A stretch of 32,000 nucleotides of DNA from Delftia acidovorans NBRC 14950 (GCF_001598795.1 NZ_BCZP01000013.1:60001-92000), one strand, 5' to 3'. Shown: positions 18,893-26,740, counted from the first letter of the stretch. Notes: a model not told the origin generated them from the sequence alone. Translations and numbers: made by a program.

Positions 18893-20272
18893 ATGCTCGC
18901 AAGTCCACAACGAAGATTCATATTTCTATTGGCCTTTCTCAGCACCATCTATATATTGTGGCTGCTGGCGTTCTGGCCAGGCGTTCTGGGTCAAGACAGT
19001 CTCGCAATCATGCTCGAGGTGGAAACTGACCGGGTTGCACAGGCTGGCAAACCTGCATTCTGGTACCTCTACAATCTCTTGCTGTATGGCCCTTGGAGAC
19101 TGGTGGAGGTCCCCATACTCATACAAATCTGCGTCAGCACGATTGTGAGCGCCCGCATACTCAGCTGGATGCTGGGTGAACGCCTCTACAAGAGCTTCTG
19201 GTATTGCCTCTTCTTTGTTGCACTGGCCCCCAGCGTCCTTTATTACTCTATCGCGCTTTATTCGGATGGAATCTATGCCATGGCCATGATGGGCATGCTG
19301 TTCGAGATATGGCTTTGCCACCGCGCCAGGCGCATTGATGCCATCGCTTGCTGGATGTTGGCTTTTACCATTCCCTTTGCATTGTTCGCCCGCCCCAACG
19401 GATTCATCAACGCAATTGCCTTGGTCGCACTATTTTTCGCCTTGCCTCGGCTTCATCGGTGGAGGCTGCTGGCTGTCACATTGCCCTGGTGTGCCATAGC
19501 GATATTTGCCAATTCTCAATACAAATACCACACACCGATCGGCAGTATCTTCCCGCTCGCTCTTTATGAAACAGTGGGATTCATGGAGCATCGCCCCATG
19601 GGATTGTGGGAATACAACAAACCCCGCATATCTACGAAGTCGGTCGAGGCACTTACATCCACAGGTAAATCTCTGGATCACATCATAAAATTTCACGATC
19701 ACTATTACTGGGATCCTCTCATTTTCAGTGACGCCGGCCCGGCACTTCTGCACCTCCCCAAGCAAGCAAAGAAGACAATTGTCAAAGAGTTCTTCAAGTA
19801 CAACCTTTGGCACAACTTTCCTGCTTTCATGGCAAGTAGAGTTAATATTTTTCTCTACGCATCATTGGCCAATGGAGGCCTTCCACCCCCTGAGGCAGGG
19901 CAATATATTCTGTCCCAAACAAAAACAGAATCATCCGTATTGTTCCGTGAACTTCTTCCACACCGAGTTCTCATGCCTTGGTACAATTTTGCCCTGGAAT
20001 ACAGGGCCATATTCTGGGCTCCATGGCTGGGAATATTCCTGATCATTGCAACCACCGCGAAGGCATGGCGGTACCGTGATCGCGGCAGCCTCATCGTGTG
20101 CAGCATCTTCATACTCCAATTGGCAGCCGTGTTCTTTTTCTCCATCGCTGGAGAATACAGATATCTCCTTTCATTTTTTACGGCGCCCCTCGTACTCCTA
20201 CCCATTTTTTCTCAACGATCACCGAAGATACCAGGCAATTCCAACCATCCTCGGGAACATATAGGAACATAG
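18893..20272 (+). CDS. Polytopic inner-membrane protein, family not recognised, possible GT-C-type glycosyltransferase (paralog B of 14596-16068)
   Basis: 459 aa from the ATG at 18893, which lies 8 nt after the acyltransferase TAG. The track ORF starting at 18833 overlaps that gene. The shared blocks with paralog A are FWPGVLGQDSLAIMLEVE, LVEVPIL, FFKYNLWHNFPAFMASRVNIF and AGEYRYLLSFFTAPLVLLPI. GC is low. Confidence 0.6.
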   Translation: MLASPQRRFIFLLAFLSTIYILWLLAFWPGVLGQDSLAIMLEVETDRVAQAGKPAFWYLYNLLLYGPWRLVEVPILIQICVSTIVSARILSWMLGERLYKSFWYCLFFVALAPSVLYYSIALYSDGIYAMAMMGMLFEIWLCHRARRIDAIACWMLAFTIPFALFARPNGFINAIALVALFFALPRLHRWRLLAVTLPWCAIAIFANSQYKYHTPIGSIFPLALYETVGFMEHRPMGLWEYNKPRISTKSVEALTSTGKSLDHIIKFHDHYYWDPLIFSDAGPALLHLPKQAKKTIVKEFFKYNLWHNFPAFMASRVNIFLYASLANGGLPPPEAGQYILSQTKTESSVLFRELLPHRVLMPWYNFALEYRAIFWAPWLGIFLIIATTAKAWRYRDRGSLIVCSIFILQLAAVFFFSIAGEYRYLLSFFTAPLVLLPIFSQRSPKIPGNSNHPREHIGT

Positions 20273-20397
20273 TAAAAATAATATCCGCGGCAAAGGATGC
20301 ATGCATCATCGAATAAAACGATGAATCTTCTCTTGTCCGCCACCAGTGCCACGCAAAAAAATCAAAAGACAAAGCCTGAAATATCGTCCTCATAGTT

Positions 20398-22395
20398 ATG
20401 CAGCGCAAATTCGGATTCTATTTTTCAGCTCTGTGGCTGGCTTTCATTCTGGTGGCGGCGACCAAGCGTCTCATCCGCTTCTTCCCTTTACCAGGTGACC
20501 AACTCAACGGCGATGCGTACTGGACTTACCTCCCGAATGCGCGAAAGTTGCTTGAGCAGCCTTGGAATTTCCTGACCACGGACCCCTCCAGCTACTACGT
20601 TGCCCCACTGGGCTACGTCTGGGCCGCTGTATGGGGCGCCGACCACGCGCGCGTAGAACTGGCCAATTGCGTACTCTTTCTTGCCTGCGTGCTGATGATG
20701 TGGCGTTGCGCCTCGCGGCTGGGGGGACTGTGGGCCGGGGTGGTAGCGACCAGCCTGCTTGTGGGTTACCCCTCGCTGACGTCCTTCATCCCGCAGGTGC
20801 TGACCGAAACGATCTACCTCTTCGGCCTGATGCTGTGCATGACGGCTGGCATTGAATACGCGCTGGGAGGGCGGCGGCCTCGCCTGCTGCTGGGCCTGTT
20901 CGCCCTCGGCCTCACCATCACCCTGCTGTCACGCCCTGTTCTGCAGATCTTCACACTGGCAGCCCTGATCGCTGCACTGGTGCTGACCGCATACGCCACA
21001 TGGCGTGGCCCGGCGCTCGGCAACACCCTGCGTTGTCTGTCACGCGTCATTGATCGCCGCCTCTGCGTGGCCCTGCTGGCCGCAATCCTGCTGCCCGCTG
21101 CCGTCATCATCAAGAACGGAACGTGCTTTGGCGTCTGGGGGCTGGGCACAGGAGCTGGTTCAGGGCTGCTCTATGGCGTGAGCCCCTCCAAGATGGGACT
21201 GGAACCCATCTACTCGGGCTTTGGCTATGACGCCTCACTTGTCCCGCAGGTGGCCTCCAACATGACCACAGTCAACCCGCTTGCCTACGAGTCGGACAGC
21301 ATCAATGCACGTGTGGGCCTGGGAATCATAAAGAGCACCTCGCTGGCGGACAACGCCGTGTTCTTCGCCCACAAAATCAAGGCTTGGCTGATCTACAGCA
21401 CGCCCGAACTTCAGTTCCTGCGCAAACTGCGCGCTTTGCGGGTCTTCGAGTGGCTTGCCATCGGCTTTGCCGCCATCTCGCTTGCCCTCCAGGCGCGGCG
21501 ACGCCCCAAGGGCGAACGCCTGCGGCTGCCCGGCCCTTCAGGTCGTGAGCCGGAACGGCTCACCATCCTGCTGACACTGCTCGTGCTGGTGCTGGCCATG
21601 GCGGCGCAACTGGCGCCTGTGCTCTACAACACGCGCTACAACCTGTTTTTCCTGGAGCCCTGGCTGATGCTGCTGTGCGGTGTGGCATGCGCCATCCTCC
21701 TGCAAAAACCTGCCGCGCTGGCCACATCCTCCGGCTCTGCGGCCAGGGGTCTGCGCCAGCTGGCGCAATGGCTGCCGCGCAAGGTGGCCATCGTGCTGGT
21801 GCTCGCACTGCTGCCGCCTGCGCTCGCACGCTACGCGGCCCGTCACGAAACCTGGGGCATGGACCCGTATCGGCCCGGCCCTGTGGAGATGGCACTGGAC
21901 CGCACCGCCATGGGCGCCCTTCAGTCCCAGGATGCCACGGACCTCGGCGAGGGCCGGTGGAAGCTGACCACCAGCCCGGCCTCCCTGGTCATACCGCTGG
22001 AAATCAAGGAGCCCGGCATCCTTTCCCCGCATCGCACCATGGATGCCATCTGGCGAGCGCGCTTCGCCATTGAGCTGCAGGGAGAAGAAGCCCGCACCTG
22101 CCGCAAAGCCGTCGTACAGGTCTCCAACGCCTATCAGTCGAACGACTGGTATGAGCCCGATACCGCCCTGCGGCTGCGCCCCGATGGGAAAGCCCACACC
22201 TACGCCCTCCACGGAAACGACCATCTTCGCCCGGCAGGACCAGGCAAGCTGATCATTACCTTCCACTGCCCCAAGGACACCGTAATCACCTGGTCTGGCG
22301 CGGAACTGCTAAGGTCCACGCTTCCCGAGGCGGCACGGGCCCTGGTTCAGCACGGCGTGCCCATCGACCCCTATTACCGCAACGAACCTCGCTGA
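20398..22395 (+). CDS. ArnT/PMT_2-like GT-C glycosyltransferase (GT39/GT83-type) with ~200-aa C-terminal soluble domain
   Basis: 665 aa. The first ~460 aa contain many TM segments. The first-loop motif PLPGDQLNGDAYWTY is followed by APLGYVWAAVW, resembling the acidic-loop and PPL.YW blocks of ArnT/PMT_2 proteins (recalled, not searched). Residues ~465-665 are hydrophilic and beta-rich in appearance. Confidence 0.65.
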   Translation: MQRKFGFYFSALWLAFILVAATKRLIRFFPLPGDQLNGDAYWTYLPNARKLLEQPWNFLTTDPSSYYVAPLGYVWAAVWGADHARVELANCVLFLACVLMMWRCASRLGGLWAGVVATSLLVGYPSLTSFIPQVLTETIYLFGLMLCMTAGIEYALGGRRPRLLLGLFALGLTITLLSRPVLQIFTLAALIAALVLTAYATWRGPALGNTLRCLSRVIDRRLCVALLAAILLPAAVIIKNGTCFGVWGLGTGAGSGLLYGVSPSKMGLEPIYSGFGYDASLVPQVASNMTTVNPLAYESDSINARVGLGIIKSTSLADNAVFFAHKIKAWLIYSTPELQFLRKLRALRVFEWLAIGFAAISLALQARRRPKGERLRLPGPSGREPERLTILLTLLVLVLAMAAQLAPVLYNTRYNLFFLEPWLMLLCGVACAILLQKPAALATSSGSAARGLRQLAQWLPRKVAIVLVLALLPPALARYAARHETWGMDPYRPGPVEMALDRTAMGALQSQDATDLGEGRWKLTTSPASLVIPLEIKEPGILSPHRTMDAIWRARFAIELQGEEARTCRKAVVQVSNAYQSNDWYEPDTALRLRPDGKAHTYALHGNDHLRPAGPGKLIITFHCPKDTVITWSGAELLRSTLPEAARALVQHGVPIDPYYRNEPR

Positions 22396-22416
22396 CGCCC
22401 CCTTCGAATCCACGAC

Positions 22417-22767
22417 ATGACTCCGTTTCTCACCAGCATCACCATCCTGTGCGTCCTGGGCATCTCGCTCGGACAGATGCTTTTCAAGAAAGCCGCGCTG
22501 TCCATACCCGAGGCTGCCACCTGGCAGCACTGGGTCTTCAACGGCTGGCTCATTACCGCTCTGGCCCTCTACGGCATTACCACCCTGGTATGGATCTGGG
22601 TGCTGCGGCACGCGCCGCTGCATCTGGCCTACCCCTTCATGGGACTGGCCTTCGTGATCGTTCCCTGCCTGGGGTGGCTGTTCCTGAACGAACCCATCCG
22701 CATTCCCACGCTGGTGGGCGGCGCCCTCATCCTTGCCGGAATCACAATTACCGCCCACGCATCCTGA
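22417..22767 (+). CDS. Small 4-TM EamA/SMR-like protein resembling ArnE/ArnF undecaprenyl-phosphate-sugar flippase subunits
   Basis: 116 aa. SLGQMLFKKAA, APLHLAYPFMGLAFVIVPC and FLNEPIRIPTLVGGALILAGITI parallel the E. coli ArnE blocks AGQLCQKQA, VPVGIAYPMLSLNFVWVTL and [23 protein letters not shown], as recalled. It ends 5 nt before the GT2 gene. Confidence 0.65.
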   Translation: MTPFLTSITILCVLGISLGQMLFKKAALSIPEAATWQHWVFNGWLITALALYGITTLVWIWVLRHAPLHLAYPFMGLAFVIVPCLGWLFLNEPIRIPTLVGGALILAGITITAHAS

Positions 22768-22772
22768 GACCC

Positions 22773-23750
22773 ATGTCCACTCCCATGCGCATCGCCGTCG
22801 CCATCCCCTGCTACAAGGTCACCCAGCATGTGCTCGGTGTCATCAACGCCATCGGCCCCGAAGTCGAGGCCATCTATGCCGTGGACGACGCCTGCCCTGC
22901 CGGCAGCGGACGCTTCATCGAGGAGAACAACACGGACCCACGCGTGCGCGTGCTCTACAACCCCGAGAACCGGGGCGTGGGCGGCGCCATCGTCACGGCC
23001 TACAAGGCGGCGATTGCCGACGGCATGGACATCGTGGTGAAGATCGATGGCGACGGCCAGATGGACCCCTCGCTGCTGCCGCTGTTCGTGCGACCCCTGC
23101 TGCGCCACCAGGCCGACTACACCAAGGGCAACCGCTTCTACCGGCCTGAGTCGGTACAGGACATGCCTCCGGTACGCCTGTTCGGCAATGCCGTGCTGTC
23201 CTTCATGACCAAGCTCAGCTGCGGCTACTGGAACGTGATGGACCCGACCAATGGCTATACGGCCGTACGCACCTGCGTGCTGGCCGAGCTGCCGCTGGAC
23301 AAGCTGGAAAATCGCTACTTCTTCGAGACCGACATGCTGTTCCGCCTGAACACCGTGCGCGCCGTCGTCAAGGACGTGCCCATGGATTCGGTCTATGCCG
23401 ATGAGGAGTCCAACCTCAAGATCGGCAAGGTGCTGCCCGAATTCCTGCGCAAGCACGCCTCGCGCCTGTGGCGACGCTATGTCTACAACTACCTGGTGCG
23501 CGACTTCAACGTGGGCACGCTCTACAGCCTGAGCGGTGTCATGCTTGTGCTGCTGGGCACCTTCTTCGGCCTCTGGCGCTGGATCGTCAGCAACAGCACC
23601 AGCCATCCTGCCACCAGCGGAACCGTCATGCTGGCGGCGCTGCCCATCATCATCGGCATCCAGTGCCTGATCGCCTTTCTGCACTACGACGTGAGCAGCG
23701 TGCCCACCGAGCCGGTCAGCCTGTCCCTCGAAGACGAAGCCGTCGCCTGA
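22773..23750 (+). CDS. Family-2 glycosyltransferase with two C-terminal TM helices (polyprenyl-phosphate sugar synthase type, ArnC/GtrB/DPM1-like)
   Basis: 325 aa from the ATG at 22773. The GT-A core is IAVAIPCYKV...YAVDDACP...NRGVGGA...VKIDGDGQMDP. The C-terminal hydrophobic segments are LYSLSGVMLVLLGTFFGLW and VMLAALPIIIGIQCLIAFL. Confidence 0.8.
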   Translation: MSTPMRIAVAIPCYKVTQHVLGVINAIGPEVEAIYAVDDACPAGSGRFIEENNTDPRVRVLYNPENRGVGGAIVTAYKAAIADGMDIVVKIDGDGQMDPSLLPLFVRPLLRHQADYTKGNRFYRPESVQDMPPVRLFGNAVLSFMTKLSCGYWNVMDPTNGYTAVRTCVLAELPLDKLENRYFFETDMLFRLNTVRAVVKDVPMDSVYADEESNLKIGKVLPEFLRKHASRLWRRYVYNYLVRDFNVGTLYSLSGVMLVLLGTFFGLWRWIVSNSTSHPATSGTVMLAALPIIIGIQCLIAFLHYDVSSVPTEPVSLSLEDEAVA

Positions 23751-23801
23751 CCGCGCCGTCTTCGCGGCCTGCCACATCCAGTCCTGTCCACCAGCCCATC
23801 C

Positions 23802-25676
23802 ATGCCCCACCTGCCTAGCACCTTCCACCTTCCATACGCATCCACGCTGATCGCCGCAGGCCTTGCCCTGGCATCCATGGCAGCCCATGCACAGACAGGT
23901 TCTGGTGCCACGCGCGGCCAGCCCCTGGTCATCGCGCCCACGGTGGAAGGCATGCTCCTGTGCGATGAAGCCGTTGCAGACACCAGGATCAAGTCCATGG
24001 ACGAGGCCTATGCCTTCTGCCAGCAGCGCAAGCTGGACGGCTCCGCTGCCGTCAACCGCCTGCTGGACACGCTGGAGCCGGGCGGCCCCAAGGGCAACGT
24101 GCAGATCGGCTACACCGCCACGCTGCAATTGCTGGGGCTGTACCAGCGCACGGCCAAGGGCTGGGAAATCGACGAAGCCAAGGTGGACAGCTTCCTGAAC
24201 GTTATCCGCAAGGTGCAGCGTCCGGTCGTGCTGTATTTCTCGGCAGACCATTTCGACTCGGTCGGCCCCATTGCCGCCGAGCTGGCCAAGGACCCCGTTA
24301 ACCTGATGCAGCTGAAAGACGGCAAGCCCCTGGAACTGGGCTATTTCGGCTACCGCATCCTGCCCTACACGCTCTCGACGGATGCTTCGGTTCCCGTCAA
24401 TCACTACCGCTTCAAGGCCCTCGAATACATGGCCAGGAAGATCCGGGAGCTGCCCCAGCCCGTACAGGACCGCATCATTGCCTACACCCTGCCCGGTGAA
24501 CTGCACCACATGTTCCCGGACTTCGAGAACGGCATGGGCGCCTATAAGGACATCCGCGTCACCGACTACAGCCCAGGCTCGGTAGCAGGCTTTCGCCAAT
24601 GGCTGCAGACCAAATACAAAGGCATAGCGCAGTTCAAGGCGCAGACCGGGCTGGACTACGCATCGTTCGATGCGATTCCTGCCCCATCCAAGGACATACG
24701 CAAGGAAAAGCTCAACGGCTTCGGTGAACACTACGACGCATTCGCCGACGGCACACTACCCGTGGGCGGCTGGCTGTGGGACCCAAAGCAGGCAATCGAG
24801 CGCCTGGATCTCTATCTGGACGGCAAGCTGGTAGGGCCCATGGCCCGCGGCCTCAACCGGCTGGACGTCTACCGCGCCGTGGACAACATAACCAGCCCCA
24901 ACACCGGGTTCCGCTACAACCTCGACTTCAGCAACCTGTCCGCCGGACAGCACATCGTCCAGGTCGTGGCCGAGTCCAAGGGCCGCAAATACCAGTTGGC
25001 CAATGCCAACTTCGTTGTCGTTCCGCGCAATCAGGGCAAGATCGTCAACATGTACCCCCGGCGGCTCGGCTGGATGCCGCCCACGTCCATACTGGAAAAG
25101 CAGGGCGTGCGGTCGTGGCTCGACATGCCGGCGCAACTGCAGGACGTCTACTACAACCCCTTGGCCCGCGACTGGAACCACTACCGCGAATCGCAGGTGT
25201 ATGCACAGCTTGCGGTGTTCCACGAACGCGCCATTGCCGCCGGCCTGCCCGCAGCCAAGCTCTACTCCCACCAAATCATTCCCGATGTGAATCCCTCCTG
25301 GAATCCGCAGTTGTTCGCCTCCACCCAGACCCTGGATGGAAAGGCACCTTGGAAGCAGGGCCTGAACATGTATGGCGGCGCCACCAACAGCGACTGGCTG
25401 CGCGGTTTCATGAAGCAGCACCAGATCGGCAGCGGCTACGGCGCGCCCGAGTTCAATCCGCAGCAATGGAAACTTGACGGAACGCACTTGGCCGCGCTGA
25501 AGGCCCACTATGACGCAGGCGCCACCTTCATCAGCCCCTACTACTTCTCGGTGATCAACCAGCGCTTCAAGGGCGCAGCCGAACACGGCGTCAACCGCAT
25601 GGAGCTGTCCCCAGACAACCCCAAGGACGGCTCCGACAAGTTCTACAAGGCCATCGTCGAATTCGCCAGGCAGTAG
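23802..25676 (+). CDS. Secreted/periplasmic 624-aa protein of unknown family; glycoside-hydrolase-like (GH42-type DYSP...FR.WL..KY motif) with an internal Ig-like segment
   Basis: The signal-like N-terminus is STLIAAGLALASMAAHA-QT. The motif VTDYSPGSVAGFRQWLQTKYKGIAQFKAQTG resembles the DYSP..A.FR.WL...Y...L block of GH42-type TIM-barrel enzymes. The segment LDLYLDGKLVGP...SAGQHIVQVVAESKGRKYQLANANFVVV looks like a beta-sandwich insertion. A strong terminator follows the gene. Confidence 0.55.
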   Translation: MPHLPSTFHLPYASTLIAAGLALASMAAHAQTGSGATRGQPLVIAPTVEGMLLCDEAVADTRIKSMDEAYAFCQQRKLDGSAAVNRLLDTLEPGGPKGNVQIGYTATLQLLGLYQRTAKGWEIDEAKVDSFLNVIRKVQRPVVLYFSADHFDSVGPIAAELAKDPVNLMQLKDGKPLELGYFGYRILPYTLSTDASVPVNHYRFKALEYMARKIRELPQPVQDRIIAYTLPGELHHMFPDFENGMGAYKDIRVTDYSPGSVAGFRQWLQTKYKGIAQFKAQTGLDYASFDAIPAPSKDIRKEKLNGFGEHYDAFADGTLPVGGWLWDPKQAIERLDLYLDGKLVGPMARGLNRLDVYRAVDNITSPNTGFRYNLDFSNLSAGQHIVQVVAESKGRKYQLANANFVVVPRNQGKIVNMYPRRLGWMPPTSILEKQGVRSWLDMPAQLQDVYYNPLARDWNHYRESQVYAQLAVFHERAIAAGLPAAKLYSHQIIPDVNPSWNPQLFASTQTLDGKAPWKQGLNMYGGATNSDWLRGFMKQHQIGSGYGAPEFNPQQWKLDGTHLAALKAHYDAGATFISPYYFSVINQRFKGAAEHGVNRMELSPDNPKDGSDKFYKAIVEFARQ

Positions 25677-25686
25677 GATGGAGCCC

Positions 25687-25748
25687 TTGCGCGCACGGTC
25701 CGTGCGCGCAAACGCTGCCCTTTTACAAGCCGCCCTGGGCGGCTTTTT
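25687..25748 (+). terminator. Tandem hairpins, the second a rho-independent terminator, after the 624-aa gene
   Basis: Hairpin 1 is TTGCGCGCAC GGTCC GTGCGCGCAA (25687-25711). Hairpin 2 is AAGCCGC CCTGG GCGGCTT (25727-25745), running into the T-run TTTTT (25744-25748). Confidence 0.7.
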
Positions 25749-25753
25749 GCATT

Positions 25754-26560
25754 TTGACGACCGTGCCTACAACCCTCCAGCCGCTGTCCCTCTGGACACC
25801 TCCCGCATCGCCGCTCGGCATCCTTACCGACATCGACGACACCCTGACCACCGAGGGCGTGGTGCCGGCCCATGTCGTCGATGCCATCGCCCGGCTCAAG
25901 CAGTCCGGCCTGCGCGTGGTGCCGATCACGGGCAGGCCCGTGGGCTGGAGCGAGCCCTTTGCCCAGGCCTGGCCCGTGGATGCCATCGTGGCCGAGAACG
26001 GCGCCGTGGCACTGCGGCGCAATGCGCAGGGCGGGCTGGACAAGCTCTACCAGCAGGACGAGGCCACGCGCACCGCCAACTACGCGCGCATGCAGCAGGT
26101 GCTGGCCGAGATCGAGGCCACCGTGCCCGGGGCGCTGCGCGCCACCGACTCGGCGGGCCGCGAATGCGACATTGCCGTGGACCACAGCGAATTCACCCAG
26201 ATGCCCCAGCAGGACATTGACCGCTGCGTGGCCATCATGAAGGCGGCGGGCATGAACGCCACCGTCAGCTCCATCCACATCAACGGCTGGTTCGGTGCGC
26301 ACAACAAGCTCGAAGGCGCGCGCTGGATCCTGCGCACCCTGTTCGACATCGACCTCGACGCCACGCTGGACCGCTGGATCTACATCGGCGACTCCACCAA
26401 CGACCAGCTCATGTTCGAGCACATGCCCCACAGCCTGGGCGTGGCCAACATCGCGCGCTTCGTGCCCCAGCTCAAGCACCTGCCTCGCCATGTCACCCAG
26501 GCCGAGCGTGGAGACGGCTTTGCCGAAATGGCGCAGTACCTGCTGACCCAGCGCCCCTGA
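25754..26560 (+). CDS. HAD-superfamily hydrolase, subfamily IIB (sugar-phosphate phosphatase-like)
   Basis: Motif I is ILTDIDDTLT, motif II is VVPITGRP, and motif III/IV is YIGDSTNDQLMF. The cap region between motifs II and III is typical of HAD-IIB. The start is uncertain: TTG at 25754 or GTG at 25763, with no ATG and no clear SD. Confidence 0.8.
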   Translation: MTTVPTTLQPLSLWTPPASPLGILTDIDDTLTTEGVVPAHVVDAIARLKQSGLRVVPITGRPVGWSEPFAQAWPVDAIVAENGAVALRRNAQGGLDKLYQQDEATRTANYARMQQVLAEIEATVPGALRATDSAGRECDIAVDHSEFTQMPQQDIDRCVAIMKAAGMNATVSSIHINGWFGAHNKLEGARWILRTLFDIDLDATLDRWIYIGDSTNDQLMFEHMPHSLGVANIARFVPQLKHLPRHVTQAERGDGFAEMAQYLLTQRP

Positions 26561-26740
26561 TCCACAGGGCCGAGGGCCGGTGCAGCCCTTGCAGGCCTGC
26601 GCCTTCGCCTTCGACTACCCCATCGGCCCGTCCTGATCTGCGGGACCCGCGCTCCCCCCGCAGACACCATCACCCTCAGCACAGCCAACCGCCCGGCGCA
26701 GGCGGGCTGCGCACCCTCTTTCCCCCATTCGACAGAGCAA

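Noticed and set aside
17844-20400. Possibility that the GC trough is a mobile element or prophage remnant
   Set aside because: I could not recognise an integrase, transposase, tRNA target, terminal inverted repeats or convincing flanking direct repeats. I kept it only as a compositional anomaly (see findings), not as a mobile_element feature.
20178-20408. 76-aa minus-strand ORF in the low-GC spacer between paralog B and the ArnT-like gene
   Set aside because: It overlaps the 3' end of paralog B and the start of the next gene on the opposite strand. It has no RBS or motif support.
22629-24731. 700-aa minus-strand ORF
   Set aside because: It is antisense to the GT2 gene and the 624-aa secreted-protein gene, both of which have coherent domain and signal features. 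This ORF has none.
26684-26712. Possible terminator after the HAD gene (GCCCG GCGCAGG CGGGC)
   Set aside because: The stem is only 5 bp, no T-run follows, and it sits about 125 nt after the stop codon. That is too weak to call.
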